Of a DNA stretch of 64,000 bases, positions 21,218-29,673 are shown piece by piece. Numbering within the stretch: position 1 is the first letter of the stretch; each line of letters begins with the position of its first letter. The translations under genes and the position numbers were made by a program. Under the pieces are notes generated by a model. The model saw only the letters and a list, made by a program, of their open reading frames with translations, searched no databases and had not been told where the DNA came from. The stretch is from Candidatus Thalassarchaeaceae archaeon (GTDB taxonomy: Archaea > Thermoplasmatota > Poseidoniia > Poseidoniales > Thalassarchaeaceae), in assembly GCA_046710875.1 (NCBI GenBank), contig JBKEHQ010000001.1, positions 1,119-65,118 of the forward strand, in the 5' to 3' direction.

Positions 21218-21880
21218 ATGATGCGTACTAACAACCATGAAATTATAGCAAACCGTAGTCGATACGATGAGCAAGGATCTATCGGTATTGGAGCAATGAT
21301 TGTTTTCATTGCACTAATTTTAGTAGCTGCTGTTGCATCTACTGTTATTATCAAGACTGCTGAAGAATTACAAGATAGGGCTGAGAAAACTGGTGACGAT
21401 ACTCGTGATCAAATATCAGGTAAATTATTAGTTACAGATGCATATATTGCATCAATCGATGTGGATGGCCCAGATGGCGTCGCTGCTAATGCGGATGACG
21501 TAAATGCAGTAAAATCAATTGTAGTGATTGCAAAATTAGCATCCGGTTCTGATAATACTCTTCCATCAAACATGCAGTGGTTCGTAGTATGCAATAACGG
21601 CGGAACCTATGCTGACGCCACAGATTCAATTGAAGAAACTGATTCAGATTTAGGATTGTCAGCAAGGGCTGCTGATGCATCATTATCATCAGGGCAACAA
21701 TTTGCGTTCACAATGAATCTAGGAAATACAGGGGATGTAGCCCCTGACAATTTAGGGAACTGCATGGATGCTGCATTAGTAGGTACTTCTTTGTCTGTTA
21801 CTTTAAATGTTGAAGGCGGAGGAGACACTCGCCTAGATCTTGAAATCGAAGAAGTTTCCGTAGGGAGTAAGTTAATTTAA
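21218..21880 (+). CDS. flaB: Archaellin (FlaB/ArlB) paralog 1
   Basis: Class III signal peptide and archaellin N-domain: ...DEQG|SIGIGAMIVFIALILVAAVASTVIIKTAEELQDRAEKTGDD.... Conserved C-terminus LNVEGGGDTRLDLEIE. SD GAAAGGT precedes the ATGATG at 21218 (ORF track start is 21194). Confidence 0.9.
   Translation: MMRTNNHEIIANRSRYDEQGSIGIGAMIVFIALILVAAVASTVIIKTAEELQDRAEKTGDDTRDQISGKLLVTDAYIASIDVDGPDGVAANADDVNAVKSIVVIAKLASGSDNTLPSNMQWFVVCNNGGTYADATDSIEETDSDLGLSARAADASLSSGQQFAFTMNLGNTGDVAPDNLGNCMDAALVGTSLSVTLNVEGGGDTRLDLEIEEVSVGSKLI
21275..21449 (+). repeat. About 175-bp block nearly identical between the two archaellin genes (copy 1)
   Basis: About 4 mismatches in 176 nt against 21952..22127. 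Encodes the conserved archaellin N-terminal helix. Confidence 0.8.
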
Positions 21881-21910
21881 GGATTATGAAAATTAATGGA
21901 GGCAAAGATT

Positions 21911-22591
21911 ATGAATTACGAACTAATTAATACAACAAAAAATGACGAAAAGGGATCGATTGGTATTGGAGCAATGATTGTTTTCATTGCACTAATTTTA
22001 GTAGCTGCTGTTGCATCTACTGTTATTATCAAGACTGCTGAAGAATTACAAGATAGGGCTGAAAAAACTGGTGACGATACTCGTGATCAGATATCAGGTA
22101 AATTATTAGTTACAGATGCATATATTGGAGCTGATTGCACCTATGCAGCCAGCGCCTTTGATGTTGATTGTGTTGATGCAGATGATGCAGTTAGAGCTGC
22201 ATCTGCTGATAATGATATTGATATGATTATAGTAATAGCCAAGCTTGCATCAGGTTCTGATAATACGCTTCCAGTTTCTATGAGTTACACAATAGCATGC
22301 GATGATGGTACCGGGACCTTCACTACTGACCACTCTTTGCTATCTTCAACTGAGGCTGATGCCGATGCACTCCATGATGCAGATATTAGAACAATGGGTG
22401 ATGTAGACATCCTTGATACAACATCTCTTTCATCCGGAGAGCAATTCAAATTTACTATCCACACAACCAATTGTGATGCTGCAGCTGTTGTAGGGGGATC
22501 ATTATCTCTTACACTAAATGTTGAAGGCGGTGGAGACACACGTCTAGATTTGGAAATCGAAACTATTGCCATTGGAGATAAACTCATCTGA
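21911..22591 (+). CDS. flaB: Archaellin (FlaB/ArlB) paralog 2
   Basis: ...NDEKG|SIGIGAMIVFIALILVAAV... identical N-domain, divergent middle, conserved LNVEGGGDTRLDLEIE C-terminus. GGAGG SD precedes the ATG at 21911 (ORF track start is 21896). Confidence 0.9.
   Translation: MNYELINTTKNDEKGSIGIGAMIVFIALILVAAVASTVIIKTAEELQDRAEKTGDDTRDQISGKLLVTDAYIGADCTYAASAFDVDCVDADDAVRAASADNDIDMIIVIAKLASGSDNTLPVSMSYTIACDDGTGTFTTDHSLLSSTEADADALHDADIRTMGDVDILDTTSLSSGEQFKFTIHTTNCDAAAVVGGSLSLTLNVEGGGDTRLDLEIETIAIGDKLI
21952..22127 (+). repeat. About 175-bp block nearly identical between the two archaellin genes (copy 2)
   Basis: See copy 1. Confidence 0.8.
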
Positions 22592-22644
22592 GAGTATTTC
22601 CTAAAGTTATGTCTCAAGGAGATTATGACTATGGAGGATAAAAA

Positions 22645-23454
22645 ATGGGCCTTTTTGATAACCTACCCTTCAGCGGCCTAGGTACAGATGGAGATATGAC
22701 CAAACGTTTAGACCGCGTTGCAAAGCTTTCTATTGAGCAAGTGGATATTCCCTCTGAGTTTAGGCCTACCGATTTAGAAGCTTGGTTATTTGCTCCTGCT
22801 GGTACTAGAGTAGGAATTCTTGGAGAGCCACAAGGAAATAATCAATCTGAATTGACGCCAGAACTTGTTGAATTAATCAAGGACAGATTCGAAAGATTAG
22901 AAACTGCACTAGATTTAATGGAAACTAACATTAAAATCACTCAACAACAAACAGCGGAAATGGCTGGAGCATCACTCGGGAGTAGCCCTATATCTGAATC
23001 ATCAGATATGATTCATAGCGTAAATTCAGATGGAGAAGTTGTGAGTAAACCTGTACCTACAATATCTACAGATGATCCTATATTTGGTTCACATCAAAAT
23101 TCAGGTGGACCTGGTTTACTAGATTTGTATGAAGCCCAATCATTAGCAGTAAATCCATTCCTAAGGGCAAGTGATGCTGGAGAATTATTGTCAGGACCAC
23201 AAATTGACTCTGCAAAATTAGCTGCATTATTACTTGATAATATGTCGGGGGCAGATTCATTGAGATTCATAAAAAATGCAGGGGCATCCGGAATTCTTAC
23301 TAGTAATGAACAAGACTCACTTTCAGCAATAGTTTCTCTGGCAGAACCGGGCGAAAAATCAGAAGGACCACCTTCTTTGTCAAATCGCAACCTCCTTACC
23401 TTTGCCGCTATGATTGATGCTTGGAGGGTTCAACTATCTCAAAAGGAGGTATAA
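22645..23454 (+). CDS. Archaellum-operon protein of unknown family (sits in the FlaC/D/E or FlaX position)
   Basis: 269 aa between flaB2 and the flaG/F-like genes, same strand with short gaps. No TM helix, no recognised motif, Ser/Gly/Pro-rich middle. Confidence 0.5.
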   Translation: MGLFDNLPFSGLGTDGDMTKRLDRVAKLSIEQVDIPSEFRPTDLEAWLFAPAGTRVGILGEPQGNNQSELTPELVELIKDRFERLETALDLMETNIKITQQQTAEMAGASLGSSPISESSDMIHSVNSDGEVVSKPVPTISTDDPIFGSHQNSGGPGLLDLYEAQSLAVNPFLRASDAGELLSGPQIDSAKLAALLLDNMSGADSLRFIKNAGASGILTSNEQDSLSAIVSLAEPGEKSEGPPSLSNRNLLTFAAMIDAWRVQLSQKEV

Positions 23455-23458
23455 AATA

Positions 23459-23863
23459 ATGGCCGGATCAAGCATTGCTGGAATGATAGTTGGAACTGTT
23501 TTTATTGTAATTTTTGCTTCTGCCACTGTAACAATGGTCGATAATATCAATAAAGCCCAGCAGGCAACAGAAGTTAATTTACCAGATCCTGAAATTAACT
23601 TAGACTTAGCTACTTGGACTGATGGAACACTAGTATTAACAATTAGTAATGTCGGCTCAGAAACAATTTCTGTAAACCATATTTATTTCTCTCTTGATGG
23701 AGGTACGCCATTATCTATTGGAGACTCTTCACTTGCTTTAGATTCAACAGGTTCTCTCTTTCCAGGAGAAACTATTTTTGTTACACAAACTGGAGTCACG
23801 CCCGCTCCTACGGATGCATTACTAGTAGCGTTTGAATACTCCTCATCTGTTGAAGTGACATAG
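23459..23863 (+). CDS. flaG: Archaellum FlaG/FlaF-family protein (N-terminal TM plus beta-sandwich)
   Basis: SD AAGGAGGT lies 8 nt before the ATG at 23459 (ORF track start is 23414). N-terminal IAGMIVGTVFIVIFASATV TM followed by a beta-rich soluble domain. Operon context. Confidence 0.65.
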   Translation: MAGSSIAGMIVGTVFIVIFASATVTMVDNINKAQQATEVNLPDPEINLDLATWTDGTLVLTISNVGSETISVNHIYFSLDGGTPLSIGDSSLALDSTGSLFPGETIFVTQTGVTPAPTDALLVAFEYSSSVEVT

Positions 23864-23875
23864 GGGAGTGAGAGC

Positions 23876-24364
23876 ATGGGTGATGGGCCGTCGGAATTAA
23901 TTATGTTAACTACAGGATTGTTAGTTGCCACCATAGTTTCTTCATTACTATTATCAACATGGGGCAGTATATCCCAAGGGCTTGACAATCAAGGTGATCA
24001 AGAACTTATGGATGCTAAAACGCGAGCTTCCATTATTAATAATCCAGCCTCAGTATTGTGGGATGAAGATGCCACAGATTCAGATGTTAAAACATCAATA
24101 TTTGTACAAAACTCTGGTAAAACAACTCTAAATATTGACTCTACCTATATTGTGATCGGAGGTGTTATGATGACAATAGAATCATCAGCCGGCTCTCCAG
24201 TAATATGGTCTGTAGGCGAAGTGGTAGAATTTGAAATTAAAGTTGATAATGCGGTGTTTGATCCTACAGTTGAAACTGAATATATTCTAAATATTGGAGT
24301 AACATCAGCATTAACATCACCTTCGGGAACTTATAGTGCAGCAGAGGTGATCAGACTTGTCTGA
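23876..24364 (+). CDS. flaF: Archaellum FlaF/FlaG-family protein
   Basis: N-terminal TM LIMLTTGLLVATIVSSLLL plus a beta-rich domain. Lies between the flaG-like and flaH genes. Confidence 0.65.
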   Translation: MGDGPSELIMLTTGLLVATIVSSLLLSTWGSISQGLDNQGDQELMDAKTRASIINNPASVLWDEDATDSDVKTSIFVQNSGKTTLNIDSTYIVIGGVMMTIESSAGSPVIWSVGEVVEFEIKVDNAVFDPTVETEYILNIGVTSALTSPSGTYSAAEVIRLV

Positions 24365-25049
24365 AGAGGATGGATTCGATTTTGGAATCATTCAGGATAG
24401 CCTAGCAAATAGTATGGGGGCTTCAATTCCAAATCGATCAATCGGTATAATAAGCGGAGGGATTGGTGCAGGTAAAAGTTTAATATGTCAAAGATTAGCA
24501 TTCGGATTTGTACAAAATGGGGCCAAAGTAGCATATGTTACAACGGAGCTAACGACCAGAGGTTGGTTAGAGCAAGTTGCTAGCATTGGTTACGATATGG
24601 ATAAGCGAATAGATGAAGGTAATTTTTTATTAATATCTAGTTTCGGAGTTATTGCTGAAGAAATTCAAGAACAAGTATCTCTAACTGATATTTTGAATTC
24701 TCCAGGTTTACTAGAAGCGGAAATAATAATAATAGATCGTGCATCTCAAATACTAGCCCACGAAACAAATGCACATTTATTACTTTCACAATTAAGAAAA
24801 TTTAATTCTTCAGGTAGAACAGTATTACTTACAATGGACAAAGAAGAAATTGATTTAAGATTACTAAGAGAAATAAAGAATTCTGCCGAAGTAGTTTTAG
24901 ATTTAGAGACAGCAACTATTGGCGGAGACATCGTTAGAACAATAGCCGTGACTCGTTTTTTACGAGCTGCGGGTCCGACACAAGGAAGGATAGGCTGGAA
25001 AGTAATGCCTCAGATGGGCTTTATAGTAGATATTACTGCAGTCAGTTAA
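24357..25049 (+). CDS. flaH: Archaellum FlaH (ArlH), RecA/KaiC-like ATP-binding protein
   Basis: Walker A GIISGGIGAGKSLIC. About 230 aa. TTG start overlapping the flaF stop by 8 nt. Confidence 0.8.
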   Translation: MSEEDGFDFGIIQDSLANSMGASIPNRSIGIISGGIGAGKSLICQRLAFGFVQNGAKVAYVTTELTTRGWLEQVASIGYDMDKRIDEGNFLLISSFGVIAEEIQEQVSLTDILNSPGLLEAEIIIIDRASQILAHETNAHLLLSQLRKFNSSGRTVLLTMDKEEIDLRLLREIKNSAEVVLDLETATIGGDIVRTIAVTRFLRAAGPTQGRIGWKVMPQMGFIVDITAVS

Positions 25050-25065
25050 TTAAAGGGGGGAAATT

Positions 25066-26805
25066 TTGGTCAGTGAAAATAACATAGAACCGGAATTTGA
25101 TATTCAACCTGGTGATCTTGGGGGCTTAATGGCTCGTTATGCCCACATACGAGTTTGGGTCGAAGCTTTTGAGAAGAAACATGGTACAAGGCCTATTTAT
25201 TATGGTTGGTTAGACAGTGGTGCAAGAAAGATTGAGCCATGTAACTTAATTTATGCTACAAGACCCCCTTGTTTTGCTCACGTTTACAAGCCATTAGTTG
25301 GTGAAGACGAGGCAGGAGCAACTCTTTGGTTCGGTCTGGAACCAACTTTAGAAAACGATGAAGAAGAAGAAATCAAAGATCAAATTGTTGAGAGATTATT
25401 GAGAGATGCCCCTCAGGCTGAAAGATTTGATGATGATAAACAATTTATTGATATGTTAGATATGATGATAGAGAAAACCTGTAAAGTAGGTACAAACCCT
25501 CTATTGAATAATCCTCTCATAGCTCAAGCCAGAGAATTAATTGGGTTGGGAGAAGCACCAATATATGTTACCGAAGATCAGTTAGAACGGCTAAAATATG
25601 TTATTGCTAGGGACTTAGTAAAAAATGGACCTCTAGAAACTCTACTTTCTGATGAGCAATTAGAAGATATTCACTCCGTTGGTTTATCTAGGATAATAAT
25701 GGATCATAAAGTATTCAAATCTGTTATATCAAATATTAGATTTAAAGATTCAGCAGTTTTGAACCAATATCTTCGTTCGATGTCGGAAAGAATAGGAAGA
25801 CCTGTTTCAGATTCAAAACCTATCATAGATGGTTCATTATTAGATGGCTCAAGAATAAACATAATTTACAGTGACGATGTATCTATTTCAGGACCTTCTT
25901 TTACAATTAGAAAATTCGCTGAAGAAACTATTTCAATTATTCAATTAATAAAATGGGGAACTTTATCGGCCCAACAAGCTGCATATATTTGGCTAGGTTT
26001 ACAATTCGGGCAGTCGATGTTAGTATCAGGAGAGACTGCTTCTGGAAAAACAACTACATTGAATGCTATTTTACCATTCGTTGACCATCAAGTAAAGATA
26101 TATTCTGCTGAAGATACTCCGGAGGTAAAAGTTTCACATAAGTTATGGCAACGACTAGTAACTAGAGATTCAAAGAATGAAGAATCTCGAGTTGAAATGT
26201 TCGATTTATTGAAAGCTGCACTGCGTTCAAGACCAAGATACATAATAATTGGAGAAATACGTGGTGTAGAGGGAGCAACAGCGTTCCAAGCAATGCAGAC
26301 CGGACATCCGGTAATTGGAACGTTTCACGCATCATCAATTGTAAAGATGATTCAAAGATTCACCGGAGATCCAATAAATGTTCCAACTAGATTTTTTGAT
26401 AATCTAAATTTTGCTATATTTCAAGAAGTTGTGGAATCAGAAGGCAAAGGAATTGTCAGGAGAGTAACGGGAGTAGACGAAATAATAGGATATAATAAGA
26501 TTGCAGATGGTGTTCTAACGAGAGGTATGTTTGAATGGGACCCAGTTCAAGATGTTCATTATTTTAGAGGCATGTTTCAATCATATATTTTAGAAAATAG
26601 AATTGCACCATTTATGGGTTTTCAAAATAAAAGATTAATTTATGATGAATTACAAAGAAGGACTGAAGTTATCGAAAGAATGGTTGAGCGAGATCTAACT
26701 CATTTTGATGATGTATTCGATTTACTTGATATATTTTATATTCAAGGTTGGGAACCATTTGTAGAAAATGTTGAAACTTGGGTGGGTAAAAATCACCAAC
26801 AGTGA
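25066..26805 (+). CDS. flaI: Archaellum motor ATPase FlaI (ArlI), type II/IV secretion ATPase superfamily
   Basis: Walker A GETASGKTTTLNAIL, Walker B/Asp box ...YIIIGEIRG. TTG start after AAAGGGGGG. Confidence 0.9.
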   Translation: MVSENNIEPEFDIQPGDLGGLMARYAHIRVWVEAFEKKHGTRPIYYGWLDSGARKIEPCNLIYATRPPCFAHVYKPLVGEDEAGATLWFGLEPTLENDEEEEIKDQIVERLLRDAPQAERFDDDKQFIDMLDMMIEKTCKVGTNPLLNNPLIAQARELIGLGEAPIYVTEDQLERLKYVIARDLVKNGPLETLLSDEQLEDIHSVGLSRIIMDHKVFKSVISNIRFKDSAVLNQYLRSMSERIGRPVSDSKPIIDGSLLDGSRINIIYSDDVSISGPSFTIRKFAEETISIIQLIKWGTLSAQQAAYIWLGLQFGQSMLVSGETASGKTTTLNAILPFVDHQVKIYSAEDTPEVKVSHKLWQRLVTRDSKNEESRVEMFDLLKAALRSRPRYIIIGEIRGVEGATAFQAMQTGHPVIGTFHASSIVKMIQRFTGDPINVPTRFFDNLNFAIFQEVVESEGKGIVRRVTGVDEIIGYNKIADGVLTRGMFEWDPVQDVHYFRGMFQSYILENRIAPFMGFQNKRLIYDELQRRTEVIERMVERDLTHFDDVFDLLDIFYIQGWEPFVENVETWVGKNHQQ

Positions 26806-26814
26806 GGCATTCTG

Positions 26815-28611
26815 ATGGAATCAAAATTATCAAATTGGCAAATAACTCTTTTACGTTTGGGTATGCCATTTACACAGTATCTAATTATATTTGCATTGCC
26901 TGCTACTATTCTTGCATTAATAGTCGGAGGATTTGTTTCTTACTCTGCAGGCACTTCATTAGAGCTTTTTCCTAAATTAATACTCACAATATTGTTCCCA
27001 ATAATAACTCTGGCTGCAGTTTTACTTTATCCTCTTTCAAATACCTCAAAATTAGCCACTGAAATAGAACAAGATATGCACATGTTCATTACTAGAATGG
27101 GCATTTTATCTTTAGGTGAACAAGCCGAAAGAGGTATGTTTGATATCCTAAAAGATATGAAGGATTATGGAGCCTTGGCAAATGAGGTTCAGGCAATTGA
27201 AACTCTCGTAACAAAATGGCATACAAATTTACCAGAAGCTGCCAGGATTGTTGGCAGACAAAGCCCATCTCCAATATGGAGTGATTTTTTAGATAGAATG
27301 TCATTCTCAGTCGAAGTTGGTCAACCAATTGGAGAATTTATGAGAAGCGAGTCTGAAACTTTTGAATCACAATATCAGACATTATATGATGCCAGATTAG
27401 AACAATTAGACACTTTACGTGAAACCTTTGTTTCTCTTACAACTACAGGAATGTTACTTTTGGTTGTCTCAGGACTCCATCTTGTGCTATTCCAAGTTGG
27501 TGACGGAACTAATGATTTAATTGCAATAATAATTCGAGCAAGGTATGTAATTGGAGCATCTGCATTATTCGCTTTTCTACAATTTGGTGCATGGTTTTTG
27601 TTTACATTAGTCATACCCGACGAACCCTTATTTGCCAGGCACTCATTTAATACAAAACACAAAATTAATCTTCGCAGAGCATGGATTGCTGCTACGTTTT
27701 TAGTTACATTTGAATCCTTAGGATTTTTATATGTTCTAGTAACAAGTGATTTCGGTAGTTTATTACTAACCAATTGGAAATATTATGGACTTTTCATGAT
27801 AGCACTAACTATGACGCCATTTTTATTACCATCAATTTTAGTTTCTCGTGAAGAAGTAAAAGTAAGGAGGAGAGATGAAGCCTTCCCTGAATTCATACGT
27901 GCTTTCGGAGGAACAGCCCAAGCACGTAGTGCAGAACCAAGTGCAATGATCAAAGCTCTAAGCAGTATTGATTTTGGTGCTTTAAGTAGCTCCATTGATC
28001 AGTTAGAAAAACGATTAGCAATGAGGATAGATAGTGACTATTCATGGGACTGGTTTGCTGCGGATAATAATTCTATGATGGTTTCAAGATTTACTAGAGT
28101 ATTCTTAGAAGGCTCCCAATCTAGTGGGGAGGCTGGAACAGTTGGAGATCTAGTTTCTCAGAGTACAGCAGGATTGCTTGCACTAAGAAATAGAAGGGAA
28201 ATATCTGCTGGAACTATGAGAGGAGTATCTTATGGTATCTTAATAGCGATGATCATTGCTCTAAATATTACAATTGAAATTGTAGCTGGTTTAGGAGAGC
28301 AAATTGCAGAAGTAGCAGCAGGATTACTATCCTCCGGTGCTAGTGGAGCAGGCGCCGGAGATTTAGCAGTTGGATTACCGGTTCTGACAGATACGGCTGG
28401 AGTAGAACAAAACATACTTGTCTTCAATATGACTAGCTCGTTTCTAATTATTGTCGTAATAGTTGTTTTAGGATTTATTACTGCTAGAATTAAAGGTGGA
28501 GGTTTTACCTTATCACTAGGACAAATGATACAAATGATGTGGGTTGCTGCAATCGCCAGTGGAATAAGCGCCTTTGTCCTTACTAATTCAGTTGGAGTAT
28601 TTACAGGCTAA
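26815..28611 (+). CDS. flaJ: Archaellum platform membrane protein FlaJ (ArlJ)
   Basis: 598-aa polytopic membrane protein directly downstream of flaI, with two cytoplasmic domains separated by TM bundles (TadB/C-like). Confidence 0.85.
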   Translation: MESKLSNWQITLLRLGMPFTQYLIIFALPATILALIVGGFVSYSAGTSLELFPKLILTILFPIITLAAVLLYPLSNTSKLATEIEQDMHMFITRMGILSLGEQAERGMFDILKDMKDYGALANEVQAIETLVTKWHTNLPEAARIVGRQSPSPIWSDFLDRMSFSVEVGQPIGEFMRSESETFESQYQTLYDARLEQLDTLRETFVSLTTTGMLLLVVSGLHLVLFQVGDGTNDLIAIIIRARYVIGASALFAFLQFGAWFLFTLVIPDEPLFARHSFNTKHKINLRRAWIAATFLVTFESLGFLYVLVTSDFGSLLLTNWKYYGLFMIALTMTPFLLPSILVSREEVKVRRRDEAFPEFIRAFGGTAQARSAEPSAMIKALSSIDFGALSSSIDQLEKRLAMRIDSDYSWDWFAADNNSMMVSRFTRVFLEGSQSSGEAGTVGDLVSQSTAGLLALRNRREISAGTMRGVSYGILIAMIIALNITIEIVAGLGEQIAEVAAGLLSSGASGAGAGDLAVGLPVLTDTAGVEQNILVFNMTSSFLIIVVIVVLGFITARIKGGGFTLSLGQMIQMMWVAAIASGISAFVLTNSVGVFTG

Positions 28612-28658
28612 CTCCTTTTTAGCGCTGATATATAGGAATCTTGATGATTGATGTTTAG

Positions 28659-29672
28659 GTGCTTCAATTGATGGATGTCAACTCTGCAGTCGATTTTCTA
28701 AGACTATTATTGTTATATTCATGCTTACTAATAGCCGCCAAATCGGATATATCAAAATTCTTAGTAAAAAATAAACATTGGATATACTTTTCTCCATTTG
28801 CAATTATATTACTAATTTTAGATATGATCATATCCAAGTCTTCAATTTGGAATATTTTTATGATTTTTACATTAGTATCCATAGCAGCCTCTTCATTAGG
28901 TATCGTTCCAAATATTAAGCAAATTACTACTTTTAATCTAATAAATTATTGTGTAATAATTTGTTATATTTTAGGATTCATGGGGATAATCAATGGAATA
29001 TTCCATTATACTCAAATAGACTACTATTCCCTAATTCTTCAAACAGAAAGTCATAATGTAACATTATGGTGGACACTAGTGTTTGCATCAATATCGATGA
29101 TTTTCTATATGTTTGTTTGGAGATATGGATTAATTCAAGGAGGGGCAGATGTCAAAGCTCTTATTTGGACTACACTTTTAATTCCTAGTTGGGCATTTAT
29201 TCCTCAGCCCTATATTTATCAAACTACATTGATTGAAAGAGAGGACATAATAGTGCAATTACCTCCATCTTTTGTATTATTTCTATGGGGAAGTAGTGTT
29301 TTTATTATTGCACCTATTATATATTTAATTAGAAATACTCTAGAAAATAATATAAAATCATTATCGGACTTAAAAGTAGCATGGCATGCAAGAAAAGTCT
29401 TATTATCAGAGATTTCAGGAAATAAATTCTGGATCTTATCTGAAATTATAATGGACGATAATGAACAATATATTGATACTAAAAATCGAATTTTACCTGA
29501 TATAAATAATGAAAATAAAAGTATCCAAGAAAGAATTGATGAATTTAAAAAATATGATATTGAAAAAATATGGGTCACAAACAAGTATCCATTTATGGGG
29601 TATCTTTTCTTTGCAATATTTCCATTAATTATCTTTGGAGATCCAATTGCAATAATTTTAACATTAATATAA
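28659..29672 (+). CDS. flaK: Preflagellin/prepilin peptidase (A24 family, FlaK/PibD-like)
   Basis: Polytopic membrane protein with GGADVKALIWTTLLIP (second catalytic Asp motif, GGGDVK-like) and an early Asp (AKSDISKF). GTG start (ATG alternative at 28671). Confidence 0.65.
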   Translation: MLQLMDVNSAVDFLRLLLLYSCLLIAAKSDISKFLVKNKHWIYFSPFAIILLILDMIISKSSIWNIFMIFTLVSIAASSLGIVPNIKQITTFNLINYCVIICYILGFMGIINGIFHYTQIDYYSLILQTESHNVTLWWTLVFASISMIFYMFVWRYGLIQGGADVKALIWTTLLIPSWAFIPQPYIYQTTLIEREDIIVQLPPSFVLFLWGSSVFIIAPIIYLIRNTLENNIKSLSDLKVAWHARKVLLSEISGNKFWILSEIIMDDNEQYIDTKNRILPDINNENKSIQERIDEFKKYDIEKIWVTNKYPFMGYLFFAIFPLIIFGDPIAIILTLI

Positions 29673-29673
29673 A

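Noticed and set aside
21409-21828. Three antisense ORFs (61-73 aa) within flaB1
   Set aside because: They lie entirely within, and antisense to, a strongly supported archaellin gene. Ala/Ser-rich translations are typical of antisense Gly/Ala/Thr-rich coding.
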